Below, piece by piece: positions 41,932 to 58,757 of a DNA stretch of 64,000 nucleotides; position 1 is the first letter of the stretch; each line of letters starts with the position of its first letter. Origin of the DNA: Actinomycetota bacterium (GTDB lineage: Bacteria > Actinomycetota > Thermoleophilia > Miltoncostaeales > Miltoncostaeaceae); assembly GCA_046095485.1 (NCBI GenBank), contig JBJTJN010000059.1, positions 6,565 to 70,564 of the forward strand. Direction: 5' to 3'. The notes under the pieces were generated by a model. That model was not told where the DNA came from, made no database searches, and saw nothing but the letters and a program-made list of their open reading frames with translations. Both the position numbers and the translations under genes were made by a program.

Positions 41932-43071
41932 TCACGACCCGGGGCGCAGGTTGCCCTTGGGCGGGTTGCTCTTGGTCATCCTCTGGAACTGCGCGTACGA
42001 GGGCTTCTGGGCGCCCGAGTTGAGCAGCAGCCCACCCGGCCAGTTGGGGTTGTCCTGCAGCTGGAACCAGATGACCACCGGCACGCGCGCGCTCTTGACG
42101 AACGGCACCTTGAAGATGTCCTTCATGTAGGCCGCCTGCTGCGCGGTGGTGAAGGCCACCTTCCGGTACGGGGTCTTGGCCGTGGTGTACGAGGCCTCGG
42201 TGATGTAGATCTTCTTGCTCTTGCCGCCCGGCAGCTTGTTCACCTCGGCGACGATCTGGGGCAGCGTGGCCCATGCCGGGAAGATCTTCGTCTGCTTGAG
42301 CGGCGGCACCGACGGGTAGATGTGCTGCGAGTACTGGCTGCCCGCCTTGAGGCCGTACTTCTTGAGGTCCTTGACCCAGTCGATGGTGCCGCGGCCGCTG
42401 TTGTCGCTCTTGCCCTTCGGGCCCGTGACGCCCGTGATCGGCACCGCGCGGGGGTTCGCCGCCTTGATGGCCGGCACCGCGAGGTTGGCCATCTTCACGT
42501 ACTTGGGCGACGACACCACCTTCTTGCCCGAGTACTGCGGGTAGAGGTAGATCTGCAGGTTGGGCTCGTTCCAGATCTCGTAGAACTTCACGAGGCAGGT
42601 CCCCTGGCCCGGGATCTGCGTGACGCCGTTGTAGCGGGTGGCGAGCGCCGACATGAAGTCGGCGAAGTCCTGCGGGTTGGTGGGGGCCTTGGAGTTCCAC
42701 ACCACGCCCTTCACGCCCAGCTTGCCGCCCGTGGCCCAGCCCGGGGCGTTCCACACCGTGACGATGGGCTGCATGCCCGCCTTCACCGTGCCGCAGAGCG
42801 CATTGTCGGCCCACGACCAGTCGTATGCCGGGTCGAGGTGGTTGGCGGCGTTGGCCGGCTCGGTGGGGGCAGCCGTGGCCCAGAAGAGGTCGATGCGCAG
42901 CACCTGGGTGCCGGTGGCCTGGGCCATGGCGATGCGACCGGGCACGTCGCCGGCCGAGCTCGCGGCCATGCGGTCGTCCTGCAGGCCGATACCGGCCCCG
43001 AGGCCGACGGCGGGCAGGGCGGCACCCGCCACCAGGGCGGCGGCCAGCATCTTCGGGGCGGTGACTCTCAC
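41932..43071 (-). CDS. secreted clan GH-A glycoside hydrolase (GH39/PslG-like)
   Basis: 3' part of ORF 41932..43377, with the start at GTG 43071 (GGAG 8 nt upstream; ATG 43050 possible). Signal-like MLAAALVAGAALPAVGLG. FYEIWNEPN (acid/base Glu) and IYITEASY (nucleophile Glu). Lys-rich compared with neighbouring genes. Confidence 0.7.
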   Translation of the reverse strand: MRVTAPKMLAAALVAGAALPAVGLGAGIGLQDDRMAASSAGDVPGRIAMAQATGTQVLRIDLFWATAAPTEPANAANHLDPAYDWSWADNALCGTVKAGMQPIVTVWNAPGWATGGKLGVKGVVWNSKAPTNPQDFADFMSALATRYNGVTQIPGQGTCLVKFYEIWNEPNLQIYLYPQYSGKKVVSSPKYVKMANLAVPAIKAANPRAVPITGVTGPKGKSDNSGRGTIDWVKDLKKYGLKAGSQYSQHIYPSVPPLKQTKIFPAWATLPQIVAEVNKLPGGKSKKIYITEASYTTAKTPYRKVAFTTAQQAAYMKDIFKVPFVKSARVPVVIWFQLQDNPNWPGGLLLNSGAQKPSYAQFQRMTKSNPPKGNLRPGS

Positions 43072-43166
43072 GATTGGGCTCCGGGTTTGTTTCGGGGAAC
43101 GAGGCGAGGCTAGCAATGCGGGCGGGCGGACCGGCCGGGGCGGTTCCCGGGTGTCACCCGCCGGCG

Positions 43167-43628
43167 TCAGGTGCCGCGGCGCTCGGCGAAGAAGGCCCGA
43201 AGCGCCTCGGCGGCCTCCACCGCCAGTACGCCGCCCTCCACGGGAATCCTCGTGGGAAGGCGCGGATCGCGGAACACGTCGATCACGCTGCCGGCCGCCC
43301 CGGACACCGGTTCGGGGGCGCCGTACACCAGGCGCTCGGGGCGGGCCTGCAGGATGGCCCCCGCGCACATGGGGCACGGCTCGAGGGTGACATACAGCGT
43401 GCAGCCCACCAGGCGCCAGCCCCCCAGCGCGATGGCGGCGTCACGGATGGCCAGCACCTCGGCGTTGGCCGTGGGGTCCTGCCGCAGCTCCCGCTCGTTG
43501 CGCGCGGTGGCCACCACCGATCCGTCGCCCACGATCACGCACCCCACCGGCACGTCCCCGTGCGATGGCGCGCGCGCTGCCTCATCCAGCGCTCGCCGCA
43601 TCCAGTGCTCGTCGTCGGCCGCGCTCAT
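43167..43628 (-). CDS. tadA: tRNA-specific adenosine deaminase
   Basis: Last 153 codons of ORF 43167..44507. PVGCVIV, HAEVLAI-type NAEVLAIRDA, TLEPCPMCAGAI (CDA zinc motifs). The ATG overlaps the upstream stop (ATGA). Confidence 0.9.
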   Translation of the reverse strand: MSAADDEHWMRRALDEAARAPSHGDVPVGCVIVGDGSVVATARNERELRQDPTANAEVLAIRDAAIALGGWRLVGCTLYVTLEPCPMCAGAILQARPERLVYGAPEPVSGAAGSVIDVFRDPRLPTRIPVEGGVLAVEAAEALRAFFAERRGT

Positions 43629-44530
43629 GGCCCCGTCCTCCCCGCCGCCCTCATCGGCTGCCCCGCCGCATCGAACGCCACGGCGTACCGCAACGACAGC
43701 ACATCGGGCGTCGCGGCGATGGTGTCGGCTGCTGCGCGGGCGGCGCGGGCATCGAGGCCAGCCACGGCGAGCAGCGCCCCATCGGTCGGCTTCGCACCCG
43801 CGGGCACGAGCACGGCCACGGCCCGCGCACCCTCCACCGGGACGGGCGCGCCGCCACCCGGGGGCATGAGCACCACCTGCCCGTCGCGGATTCCGCCCGC
43901 CAGCCTGGCGCCGCCGGGATCGCCCCGGGTCGCCCGCCATGCGGAGTCGCGTGCCGTGAGCGTGGCATCGGTACCCACGCGGGCCCGCCATGCCTGCTCG
44001 CCGGTACCCATGCGCGCGCCTGCGCTGCGCAGGGCCCCTGCAAGCGGCGGGTCGGCCGCCACCACCGGGCGCTGCGCACCGGCGCCGCGCACGAAGGGCT
44101 CGGGCCACGCGCCCACCACGGCGCGCACGCTCTGCATGCCCTGCCACACGCGGTGATCCCACCACGCGACGTCTCCGGCGCGCAGCTCGGCCGCGCGCGC
44201 GCCCACCGGCGACTCGAACCCGTTGACGTAGAAGAACCAGTCGGTCGGGGGCGATGTGGACGACCCGCGCCCGAGCATCGAGGCCACGAAGCCGCCCCCG
44301 TAGGCGGTCTCCACGGGCGTCTCGCCCTGCAGGGCGTCCATCACGCTGCGCCCGGGCGCCACGCGCTCGTCCAGCAGCACCTCGGCGCCGTGGTCGGCGG
44401 TGGCCACCACCCGGGCCGACGGCGCGCCCCCTGCAGGTGCTGCCGCCTCGGACTTCCTCTCGCACCCCGCGCCCACCAGCGCGGTGGCGCACGCCAGGCC
44501 CGCGCACGCTGCCGCCAGCGCGCGACGCAT
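43625..44530 (-). CDS. DUF4430-domain lipoprotein
   Basis: ORF 43625..44530. Lipobox LVGAGC. DWFFYVNGFESPVGARAAELRAGDVAWWDH resembles the DUF4430 (transcobalamin-like) core. Confidence 0.6.
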   Translation of the reverse strand: MRRALAAACAGLACATALVGAGCERKSEAAAPAGGAPSARVVATADHGAEVLLDERVAPGRSVMDALQGETPVETAYGGGFVASMLGRGSSTSPPTDWFFYVNGFESPVGARAAELRAGDVAWWDHRVWQGMQSVRAVVGAWPEPFVRGAGAQRPVVAADPPLAGALRSAGARMGTGEQAWRARVGTDATLTARDSAWRATRGDPGGARLAGGIRDGQVVLMPPGGGAPVPVEGARAVAVLVPAGAKPTDGALLAVAGLDARAARAAADTIAATPDVLSLRYAVAFDAAGQPMRAAGRTGP

Positions 44531-44607
44531 CAGATCGCCCGCCCGCTCACCGGGCTGCGCAGCGCATCAGCCGGCCGCACGCGTCGCTCCCTCGGCCACA
44601 TGCCCGG

Positions 44608-47156
44608 TCACTCGTAGTGCAGGGCATCGAGCGGGTCGAGCTTGGCCGCGCGGCGGGCCGGCAGCACGGCCGCCAGCACGCCGGCGAGGATCGCCACGAT
44701 GAGGAACACCAGCAGCTGCAACCAGGGGATCTGGAACACGATGCCCTCCTCCTCGAGCCCCAGCGAGAACACCCAGGCAAGCACCACGCCGATGATGATG
44801 CCGATCACCCCGCCGATGCCGGATGTGATCACGCTCTCGTAGCGCACCATGCGCCGCAGCTGCGATCGGGTGAGCCCGATGGCGCGCAGCATGCCGATCT
44901 CGCGGGTGCGCTCGGTGATCGACAGCACCAGGGTGTTGACGATGCCGAACAGCGAGATGACCACGCTCATGGCCAGCAGCACGTAGAGCAGGTAGAGGAT
45001 GGAGTCGACCCGGCTGCTGATCTCATCGCGGTACTCGGCGTTGGTGCGCACCTCGGCCACCGGGAAGGGCGTGAGCGACTTCGCCACGGCGTCCTTCACC
45101 GCCACGGGGTCCTTCCCGGGCTCGACCGTGGCCAGCACGAAGATGGGGTCGCGCGCGGTGAACGCGCGGCGGAACCCAGCCTGCGACACGATCACGCCGT
45201 CCTCGAAGAGGATGCGATCGCGGAAGACGCCGGCCACGCGGTAGGTGCCGGTGCCACCCCCGCCGGTGCGCAGGCGCACGGTGCCGCCCACGCGCGCTCC
45301 CACGGCATCGGCGAACGCCTGCTCCACCACGGCCTCATCGGGCGTGAGCGTGCGCAGGTCATCGCTCGATCCGTCCACCCACTCGAAGGCCAGGCCGCGC
45401 GCAGCGGCCTCGGGGTCGAGACCGAACACCGTGGTGCGGCTGCCCACCGATGTGCGCGCGGGATCGGTGAGCACCGCCACCACGTCGGACACCCCCGGCG
45501 TGGCCTTCACCGCGGCCACGCTGGCCTGCGGGATGGCCTGGAAGCTCTTGCCCGACACGATGAGGTCGCCGCGCAGGGTGGTGTCGATGGCGCCCGTCAC
45601 CGATGCCTTCAGCCCCTGCGCGAACACCGCGACGAAGGCCACCAGGCCGATGCCGATCATCAGCGCGGCCGCGGTGGCGGCCGTGCGCGCCGGATTTCGC
45701 GTGGCGTTCTGGCGTGCGAGGCCGCCCGACGCCCCGGGCGTGCGCTCGAGTGGCCAGCCGATCACCCGCGCGAGCGTGGGCACCAGGTAGCGCAGCAGGC
45801 CGCCCATGGCGATGAACACCAGCAGCGCGCCCAGGGCCATCACGAGCAGGCGCTGCGTGGCGGCCGACTCCGACCGCAGCCCCAGCACGATGAGCACGAT
45901 GCCGCCCACCCCGATGAGCCCGGACACCACCGGGGCGAAGCGTGCGAACCTACCGCGGGGTATCTCCGCCCCCTCGCGAAGAGCCGCCACGGGCGGCACG
46001 CGGCTGGCGCGCACGGCGGGGATGAGCGCGGCCACCACGCTCACCACTACGCCCACCAGCAGCGCGGTGAGCGCGATGCCCACCGACAGCTGGGCCGACG
46101 CCACGGGTATGCCACCGGGCAGCAGCAGGTCGAACACCCACACGAGCAGTGCGGCGAAGCCGTAGCCCGCGAACAACCCCACCACGCCGGCGACGAGGCC
46201 GATGACGAAGGCCTCCCCCACCACCGACGCCATCACCTGCCGGCGGCTGGCGCCGATGGTGCGCAGCAGCCCGAGCTCGCGCAGTCGCTGGGCCACCGTG
46301 ATGGTGAAGGTGTTGAAGATGATGAACGCGCCGACGAAGAGCGCGATGACCCCGAAGGCAAGCAGCGCCGGGCGCAGGAAGGTGTTGATGGCCTCGGTGG
46401 TCTGCTTGGCCTGGTCGGCGGCGTCCTGCTGGCCGGTGCGCACCTCCACGCCCTTGGGCAGGGACGCCGATATGCGCCGGGCGAGCAGCTGCGGGCTCAC
46501 CCCCGGCTGCGCCTGCACCGCGATGGAGTTGACCCGGCCCTCGAGGCCGAACCACCGCTGCACGTCGTCCTTGGTGGCGATCACGATCGTGGTTCCGCCG
46601 ATGGACGACACGTTGGCGAAGGTGACGGTGCCCGTGAGCGTCACCTGCTTCACGCCCGTGCGCGTGGCCACCCCCAGCTTCGAACCCACCGAGAGGCCCT
46701 GCGATGACGCCAGCCCCTCGTTCACCGCCACCTCGCCGTCCTTCGACGGGTACTGGCCCGATGCCAACTGCGTGGCCCGGAACGGGTCGGGCGTGAGCGA
46801 GAACACGAACGACGGCGCGCCGGTGGACTGCACGTACTCGCCATTGACCACCGGCGACCCCAGGGCCGCGAGCTCGGGCACGGCCTTCTTCACGCCGTCC
46901 ACGCCCTGCACCTGGGCCACCATCGACTCGGGCAGCGTGGGCACGTTGCGGAGCCCGCCCGACTCGAAGTCCACGCGCGGCGACACGCGCACATCCACGC
47001 CGGAGTTGGCCGCCTGGAAGATCTCGTCGAAGGCCCGGGTGATCTGGCTGGTGAGCACCAGCGTGCCCGTGACCATCGCCACGCCCAGCAGGATCGCGAT
47101 TGCCGTGAGCGCCGCGCGCAGCTTGCGCTGGCGCAGCCCGGCGAGGATGAGGCGGA

Positions 47157-47160
<4 letters not shown>
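44608..47160 (-). CDS. FtsX/MacB-type ABC transporter permease with two FtsX domains (850 aa)
   Basis: 3' 850 codons of ORF 44608..47982. GTG 47160 overlaps the stop of the ATPase gene (GTGA). VIRLILAGLRQRKLRAALTAIAILLGVAMV, large extracytoplasmic domains, and two 4-helix FtsX modules (...RELGLLRTIGASRRQV..., ...REIGMLRAIGLTRSQL...). Confidence 0.85.
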
Positions 47161-47915
<755 letters not shown>

Positions 47916-47949
47916 GTGGCGCCAACGCTAGCGCGTGACCCCCGTCATA

Positions 47950-47978
47950 TTTTGGGCGATGGTCATTGCCGATACAGG
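47950..47978. promoter_or_regulatory. AT-rich motif, copy 1 (candidate operator in the divergent ABC promoter region)
   Basis: TTTTgggcgATGGTCATTgCcgATAcAG. 19 of 29 positions are identical to 49083-49111. Confidence 0.3.
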
Positions 47979-48006
47979 CCATCTGGCGCTACCGTGAGGT
48001 TTCGCG

Positions 48007-49080
<1,074 letters not shown>

Positions 49081-49082
49081 GG

Positions 49083-49111
49083 TTTTATCTAATGGTCATT
49101 ACTTATAGAGT
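49083..49111. promoter_or_regulatory. AT-rich motif, copy 2 (upstream of the binding-protein gene)
   Basis: TTTTatctaATGGTCATTaCttATAgAG, in the 69-nt gap between the ATPase and binding-protein genes. Confidence 0.3.
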
Positions 49112-49149
49112 CGCCGCCTCAACGCACCGCGACTCCTGAGGAGATCTTC

Positions 49150-50196
49150 TTGGCCATTCGTCCTCGCGCCCTGATCGGCGCATCCATCGCCGTCCTTGCA
49201 TCCGCGCTCGTGCTCTCCGCCTGCGGCGGGGGCTCCGGCGGCGACACCACGGCGGCGGCGGGCGGCGGCGGATCGCTCACCGTGTACTCCGGGCGCGAGG
49301 AGGAGTACATGGAGCCGGTGTTCGACGCCTACGAGAAGATGACGGGCACCGACCTGCAGGTGCGCTACGGCGACTCGGCCGACCTCGCGCTGCTGGTGTC
49401 GGAGGAGGGCGACCGCAGCCCCGCCGACGTGTTCATCGCGCAGAGCCCCATCTCGCAGTCGTTCCTCGAGCAGCAGAAGCTGCTCTCGCCGCTTCCCCCG
49501 GCAGTGCTCGACCGCGTGCCCGACAACCTGCGATCCGCGGATGGCGACTGGATCGGCATCGCCGGGCGCCAGCGGGTGCTCATCTACAACACCGACCTGG
49601 TGAAGGAGTCGGACCTTCCGAAGTCGGTGCTGGAGCTCACGGGCGCCAAGTACCGCGACAAGGTGGCCGTGGCGCCGTCCAACGCATCGTTCCAGGACTT
49701 CGTCGCGGCGCTCGACCAGCTGGAGGGCACCGAGACCACCAATGAGTGGCTCAAGGGCATGGCGGCCAATGGCGCCAAGGCCTACGCGAAGAACAGCGCC
49801 ATCGCCGAGGCAGTGGCCCGCGGGGAGATCCCCATGGGGCTGGTGAACCACTACTACGTGCTGGAGATCAAGGAGGACGATCCCTCCGCGCCGGTGGCCG
49901 CCTACCGGTTCCCCGGCACCGACCCCGGCAGCCTCTTCCTCGTGGCCACCGCGTCGGTGCCGACGGCCTCGCCCGACACGCAGCAGGCCGACGACCTGGT
50001 GGGCTTCCTGGTGTCGGACGAGGGGCAGAAGCTCATCATCGGCGGCGAGGGCGAGTACCCCACCGCCACGGGCGTGAACCCGCCCGAGGGCGCGCCGTCG
50101 CTCACCAAGGGCGACTACCCGGCGTACGACCTGACCGGCAACACCGACCTCAAGGCGGTGGCCGAGCAGATCAGGGAGAGCGGGCTCGCGCAGTAG
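49150..50196 (+). CDS. ABC transporter substrate-binding lipoprotein, iron(III)/AfuA-FbpA-like family
   Basis: ORF 49150..50196 (TTG start, GAGGAG upstream). Lipobox LSAC. LTVYSGREEEYMEPVFDAYEK and VFIAQSP resemble ferric-binding proteins. The assignment between iron and thiamine types is not certain. Confidence 0.75.
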   Translation: MAIRPRALIGASIAVLASALVLSACGGGSGGDTTAAAGGGGSLTVYSGREEEYMEPVFDAYEKMTGTDLQVRYGDSADLALLVSEEGDRSPADVFIAQSPISQSFLEQQKLLSPLPPAVLDRVPDNLRSADGDWIGIAGRQRVLIYNTDLVKESDLPKSVLELTGAKYRDKVAVAPSNASFQDFVAALDQLEGTETTNEWLKGMAANGAKAYAKNSAIAEAVARGEIPMGLVNHYYVLEIKEDDPSAPVAAYRFPGTDPGSLFLVATASVPTASPDTQQADDLVGFLVSDEGQKLIIGGEGEYPTATGVNPPEGAPSLTKGDYPAYDLTGNTDLKAVAEQIRESGLAQ

Positions 50197-50200
50197 CGAC

Positions 50201-51859
50201 GTGAACTGGCGCGCCGTGGGCGCCACCGCGCTGGCGGTGGCGCTCACGGTGCCCTTCGCCCTGCCCTTCGCGTACCTCGTGGCGAGGAACGCGCAGGACC
50301 TGGGCGGCCTGTGGAGCGCGCTGTCGGACGACCGGCTGGTGGGGCCGCTGCTGCGCAGCCTCGCGCTGGGCATCTCAGTGGCACTGGCGGCTGCGGTGCT
50401 GGGCACCCTTGCCGCTTGGCTGGTGGCACGCACCAACCTGCGTGCGCGCCGCACCTGGGCGCTGCTGCTGTGCCTGCCGCTGGTGATCCCGTCGTTCGTG
50501 GGAGCCGTGGCGCTCATCGCCGCGTTCGCCCCCGGCGGCCTGGTGGAGCAGGTGCTGGGCATCGGGTTCCTCCCCGAGGTGAGCGGCTTCAACGGCGCCT
50601 TCGTGGTGCTCACGCTGCTCACCTACCCCTACGTGTTCCTGCTGGTGATGGCGCGGCTTCGCACGCTCCCGCCCACCCTCGAGGAGTCGGCGCGCATGCT
50701 GGGCCGGCGGCCAATTCAGGTGTTCACCACCGTGGTGCTACCGCAGGCGCGGGCGGCGGTGGCGGCGGGCGCGCTGCTGGTGTTCCTCTACGTGATCAGC
50801 GACTTCGGCGCGGTGCAGCTGCTGCGCTACGACACCCTCACCCGCGCCATCTACTCCGACCGCCTGCTCGATCCCATCACGTCCATTGCCCTCAGCCTGG
50901 TGCTGGGCATCATCGCCGTGGCTGTGGTGGCCATGGAGCGCCGGTCATCGCGCGTGGGCCTGCGCGACCAGTCGCGCGCCGGCGCGGTGCTCGAGGTGCC
51001 GCTCGGCAGGTGGCGCGCGCCGGCCTACGCCTTCCTGGTGCTGCTCATCGGGTTCTCGCTGGTGGCGCCCATCGCCGTGCTGCTGTTCTGGGCCATCCGC
51101 GGGCTGGTCAACGGATCGGCCGACAGCGCGTCGTTGGTGGCCGACCCCGGCCTCATCGTGCAGCCGCTGCTGAGCACCGCCGGCATCAGCGTGGTCACGG
51201 CCCTGGTGGCGATCCTCATCGTGCTGCCCATCGCATACCGCAGCGTGCGTCGCCCGGGCCGACTGGGCGAGGTGCTCGCCGGCACGGTGGTGGGCGGCTT
51301 TGCCCTGCCGGGGCTGGTCACGGCGCTGGCGTTCGTGTTCTTCACCCTCTCCACCCCGGGCCCGCTGGGTGCGCTCTACCAGACCCTCCCCCTGCTGGTG
51401 CTGGCCTACGTGGTGCACCACGGGGCGCTGGCCCTGGGCGCCGCGCAGTCTGCGGTGGCGGGAATACCCGCGCGCCTCGACGACGCCGCGCGCATCATGG
51501 GACGAAGTCGCATCCGCCGCTTCGCGGGAGTCGAGCTGCCCCTGATGCTGCCGAGCCTGGCGGCTGGTGCGGGCCTGGTGCTGCTGTCCACGGCGAAGGA
51601 ACTGCCCGCCACCCTGCTGCTGGCCCCGCCGGGCTTCTCCACCCTCGCAATCGAGGTGTGGCAGGCGGCCGAGCTCGCGGCCTACGAGGAGGCCGCCATC
51701 TTCGCCCTGGTGCTGGTGGCCATCTCGGCCGTGCTCACGTGGTTCCTCGTGGTGCGCCCGGCGCTCAGGTCGTGGTCCACGTCAGCGCCGATGCATGCGA
51801 TGCCCCCGGGCGCCGAGTCGCCAACCGGAAGCCGCAGCCCTGAGCCGACCACGCCATGA
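50201..51859 (+). CDS. ABC transporter permease, two-domain FbpB-like
   Basis: ORF 50201..51859. Two MalFG-type modules, each with the EAA-like loop (LEESARMLGRRPIQVF and LDDAARIMGRSRIRRF). Confidence 0.85.
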   Translation: MNWRAVGATALAVALTVPFALPFAYLVARNAQDLGGLWSALSDDRLVGPLLRSLALGISVALAAAVLGTLAAWLVARTNLRARRTWALLLCLPLVIPSFVGAVALIAAFAPGGLVEQVLGIGFLPEVSGFNGAFVVLTLLTYPYVFLLVMARLRTLPPTLEESARMLGRRPIQVFTTVVLPQARAAVAAGALLVFLYVISDFGAVQLLRYDTLTRAIYSDRLLDPITSIALSLVLGIIAVAVVAMERRSSRVGLRDQSRAGAVLEVPLGRWRAPAYAFLVLLIGFSLVAPIAVLLFWAIRGLVNGSADSASLVADPGLIVQPLLSTAGISVVTALVAILIVLPIAYRSVRRPGRLGEVLAGTVVGGFALPGLVTALAFVFFTLSTPGPLGALYQTLPLLVLAYVVHHGALALGAAQSAVAGIPARLDDAARIMGRSRIRRFAGVELPLMLPSLAAGAGLVLLSTAKELPATLLLAPPGFSTLAIEVWQAAELAAYEEAAIFALVLVAISAVLTWFLVVRPALRSWSTSAPMHAMPPGAESPTGSRSPEPTTP

Positions 51860-51928
51860 CCATGCCACGGCTCAGGGCGCCAGCGCCGTAGCCGCATCGG
51901 CTGTGCCCCTGGCCCTCAGCCGGGTGCA

Positions 51929-52288
51929 CTACGCGAAGTAGGTGTCCTCGGCTGTCCAGGGCGGAGCGCAGGTGACGATCATGCGCATCTCGCCCGACCC
52001 GGTGTTGGTGATCTGGTGCCATGAGCCCACGGGGATGAGGATCGCATCTCCGGCGGTCACCGCGCGCTCCTCGCCGTCGATCTCCATGAGCGCCTCGCCC
52101 TCCACGAGGTAGTACATCTCCTCCGACACCTTGTGATGGTGGCGGTCGGTCTGCCCGCCGGGAGGCAGCGCGGCCTCCGCCAGGCTGTGGTTCGCCACGG
52201 GCGCCACCGAGAGGTCGAGCAGCGACCGGATGGTGCTGCCGTCGGTGGTGGTGAAGGGCACGGCGTCGCCGTAGGCACGGATCTCCAT
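51929..52288 (-). CDS. cupin-domain protein
   Basis: 3' part of ORF 51929..52372, with ATG 52288 (GGAGG upstream). GGQTDRHHHKVSEEMYYLVEGEALMEIDGE...GDAILIPVGSWHQITN (two-His cupin motifs). Confidence 0.75.
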   Translation of the reverse strand: MEIRAYGDAVPFTTTDGSTIRSLLDLSVAPVANHSLAEAALPPGGQTDRHHHKVSEEMYYLVEGEALMEIDGEERAVTAGDAILIPVGSWHQITNTGSGEMRMIVTCAPPWTAEDTYFA

Positions 52289-52304
52289 CAGGATCAGACC
52301 TCCG

Positions 52305-53045
52305 TCAGTGGAATGCGCGGGCCAGCTTCTTGCGGTACTCGGGCACCAGGGGGTGACTGTCACCGAGCTCACGGAACTGACCGATGAGCATCTTGCGCAG
52401 GTCGTCCTTCAGCACCTTGTCGCCGGTGGTGGTGGCGGCATCCACCAGGCTGGCGAACGCCTGCTGCCAGTCCTCGCGCTCGAGTGCGGCGAGGCCGGCC
52501 TGGACGTCGGGCACGTCGCAGCCCATCAGCCTGATGCGGGCCCTGAGGCCGGCGGCGATGGGGTCGTGCTCGGCGGGCGCCAGCACCTCGTCGGCCTCCT
52601 CCAGTTCGCCGTCGTCGATCAGCAGATGCGCCAGCGCGATGCGGGCGTCGGTGCGCCCGGCGTCGCGGAAGATGGCCTCGCGCAGGCTGTCGGCATCGCC
52701 CTCGGCCACCAGCATGTCCACCTTGCTCGGCACCAGCTTGTCGAGGAAGGCCTCCATCTGCGCGGGCGCCACGAGCCCCACGAACTCCTCCACCACCTCG
52801 CCGTTGCGGAACGCCTTCACCGCCGGGATGCTCATCACCTGGAACATCTGCGCCAGCCCCGGGTTGGCATCGATGTCCACCTTGGCGAGCACCACGTCCC
52901 CACCGCGCCGCCCGATGGCGTCGTCGATGATGGGCCCCAGCTGCCGGCACGGCCCGCACCACTCGGCCCAGAAGTCGACGACCACCGGAACCTCGTGCGA
53001 CCGCTCGATCACATCCGCCTGGAAAGAACCCTCGCTCACGTCCAT
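52305..53045 (-). CDS. thioredoxin-domain protein with C-terminal TPR-like domain (YbbN/CnoX-like)
   Basis: ORF 52305..53126, with the start at ATG 53045 (TAGTCT 7 nt upstream). VVVDFWAEWCGPCRQL (intact CGPC), VMSIPAVKAF, then a helical Ala/Leu/Asp-rich C-terminal half. Confidence 0.85.
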   Translation of the reverse strand: MDVSEGSFQADVIERSHEVPVVVDFWAEWCGPCRQLGPIIDDAIGRRGGDVVLAKVDIDANPGLAQMFQVMSIPAVKAFRNGEVVEEFVGLVAPAQMEAFLDKLVPSKVDMLVAEGDADSLREAIFRDAGRTDARIALAHLLIDDGELEEADEVLAPAEHDPIAAGLRARIRLMGCDVPDVQAGLAALEREDWQQAFASLVDAATTTGDKVLKDDLRKMLIGQFRELGDSHPLVPEYRKKLARAFH

Positions 53046-53048
53046 GCG

Positions 53049-53188
53049 CGGGAGACTAGAGGGGCGGCTGGCCAACCGGCAGTCGGGCACGTCGCGAAAC
53101 GGTATGGCCATTTGCGGGGGCCGCAAATGGCGATCCCCGGCTCCGGTTGCCCGACTGCCGGTTGGCCAGCGACCCCTCTAGTCTCCCG
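53049..53188. promoter_or_regulatory. mirror-symmetric divergent promoter region (41-bp inverted arms plus a central 11-bp inverted repeat)
   Basis: Left arm 53049-53089 (CGGGAGACTAGAGGGGCGGCTGGCCAACCGGCAGTCGGGCA) against right arm 53148-53188, complementary at 39 of 41 positions. Central GCCATTTGCGG-GGG-CCGCAAATGGC at 53107-53131 is concentric with the arms. Both start codons lie 3 nt outside the arms. Confidence 0.8.
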
Positions 53189-53191
53189 GCC

Positions 53192-54886
<1,695 letters not shown>

Positions 54887-54895
54887 GCACGGAAC

Positions 54896-54930
54896 GCACC
54901 GGGGCGGGCGGCAGTGCCCCGCCCCGGTGC
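54896..54930. terminator. 13-bp GC hairpin between convergent genes (ettA / PG-binding lipoprotein)
   Basis: GCACCGGGGCGGG-cggcagtgc-CCCGCCCCGGTGC in the 54-nt convergent gap. Confidence 0.5.
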
Positions 54931-54940
54931 GCGTGCCGGG

Positions 54941-55936
54941 TCAGTCGCTGCAGGTGCCCACCGCGCTCCAGGCGCCGCCGCCCTGCCACGATCCGAAGGC
55001 CCGGAACTGGCCGTTCACCGAGATCGTGATGGTGTTGACGGTGCCGTTCAGGTTGAGCCCGCCGCCGGTCACGGCCATGGTGCCGCCGGCACCGTTGGGG
55101 CTGTCGAGGCCCACCTTGTAGCCGCCGCTCGCCGAGCCGGTGGCCTGCACCCCGCGGCCCACCACCTCGCACGATGAGAGGTCGAATGTGCGCGAGACCT
55201 TCGGGCTGCCAATGGTGAGGGTGTCACCGGTGGTGGCGCCGCCCCCGCCCCCGCTGGGGGTCTTGCCCGAGCACGACGACGGCCGGTTGGGCCACGCCGC
55301 GGCCAGCGCGGTGGCCGTGGCCGGGCCGTAGCGGCCATCGGCCTTGATGCCCGCCTGCTTCTGGAAGGCGATGAGCGCCGACTCGGTGCCCGATCCGAAC
55401 ACGCCATCCACCTTGCCGCCGTAGTAGCAGAGGCCCTCAAGGGCGGTCTGCAGCAGCTCCACGGCGTCGGTGCTGTCGTTGCCCAGCGCCAGGTTGATGG
55501 CCGCCATGGTCTGGGGACCGGCGATGCCGTCGGTGGGCAGGCCCGCGCGCGCCTGGAAGCGCTTGACCGCCGCAGTGGTGATGGGGCCGTACTGGCCATT
55601 GATCGGCCCCGAGTAGAAGCCCAGGTCGGAGAGGTCCTGCTGGATCTCCTTGTTGGCCTTCAGCGTCGGGTTCTCGGCGGGCTTCGTGGTGGTGGTGCCC
55701 GTGGTCGACGTGCTGGTGGTGGCCGTGGTGGTGCCGGTGGTCGTGGCCGCGGTCGACGTGGTGGCCGTCGAGGTGGTCGCCGTGGTGTCGGTGGTGCTCG
55801 TGGCGGTGGTGGGCGTGGTGGGCGCCGTGACCGTCACGGTCTCGGTGCCGCCGAAGCTGCAGCCGGCGCCCACCAGGGCGAGGGCGGCGATGCCTGTGGC
55901 GGCCGCGGTGGCGGCGGCGATGCGCGGGGTACTCAT
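54941..55936 (-). CDS. lipoprotein with Thr-rich linker, two peptidoglycan-binding (PG_binding_1) repeats and an unknown C-terminal domain
   Basis: 3' part of ORF 54941..56131, with ATG 55936 (GAGGTG upstream). Lipobox LVGAGC. A Thr/Ala/Ser linker of about 45 aa. [46 protein letters not shown] and [46 protein letters not shown]. Confidence 0.8.
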   Translation of the reverse strand: MSTPRIAAATAAATGIAALALVGAGCSFGGTETVTVTAPTTPTTATSTTDTTATTSTATTSTAATTTGTTTATTSTSTTGTTTTKPAENPTLKANKEIQQDLSDLGFYSGPINGQYGPITTAAVKRFQARAGLPTDGIAGPQTMAAINLALGNDSTDAVELLQTALEGLCYYGGKVDGVFGSGTESALIAFQKQAGIKADGRYGPATATALAAAWPNRPSSCSGKTPSGGGGGATTGDTLTIGSPKVSRTFDLSSCEVVGRGVQATGSASGGYKVGLDSPNGAGGTMAVTGGGLNLNGTVNTITISVNGQFRAFGSWQGGGAWSAVGTCSD

Positions 55937-56075
55937 GCGGGGTTCACCTCGGTGCAGGGAGTGTCGTCCCCGAAGGGTTTCGGTAACCCCAACCGGGCAC
56001 CTTCCCCGTGTAGCCTCCGCCGTCGCTCCGCGGACGCGCGGGGCCGTGTCACGAGATCCCGCACTAGGAGCCCCA

Positions 56076-58755
<2,680 letters not shown>

Positions 58756-58757
<2 letters not shown>

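Noticed and set aside
55690-55870. ACC/ACG-rich repetitive DNA on the minus-strand lipoprotein gene, and palindromic words such as GTGACCGTCAC (near 55832) and GGTGACTCGGTCACC (near 58083)
   Set aside because: The first encodes a Thr/Ala/Ser linker (a low-complexity region, possibly glycosylated). The second lies in the conserved aconitase motif [12 protein letters not shown]. Both are explained by codon content (Val-Thr, Gly-Asp-Ser), so they were not counted as members of the hairpin repeat family.
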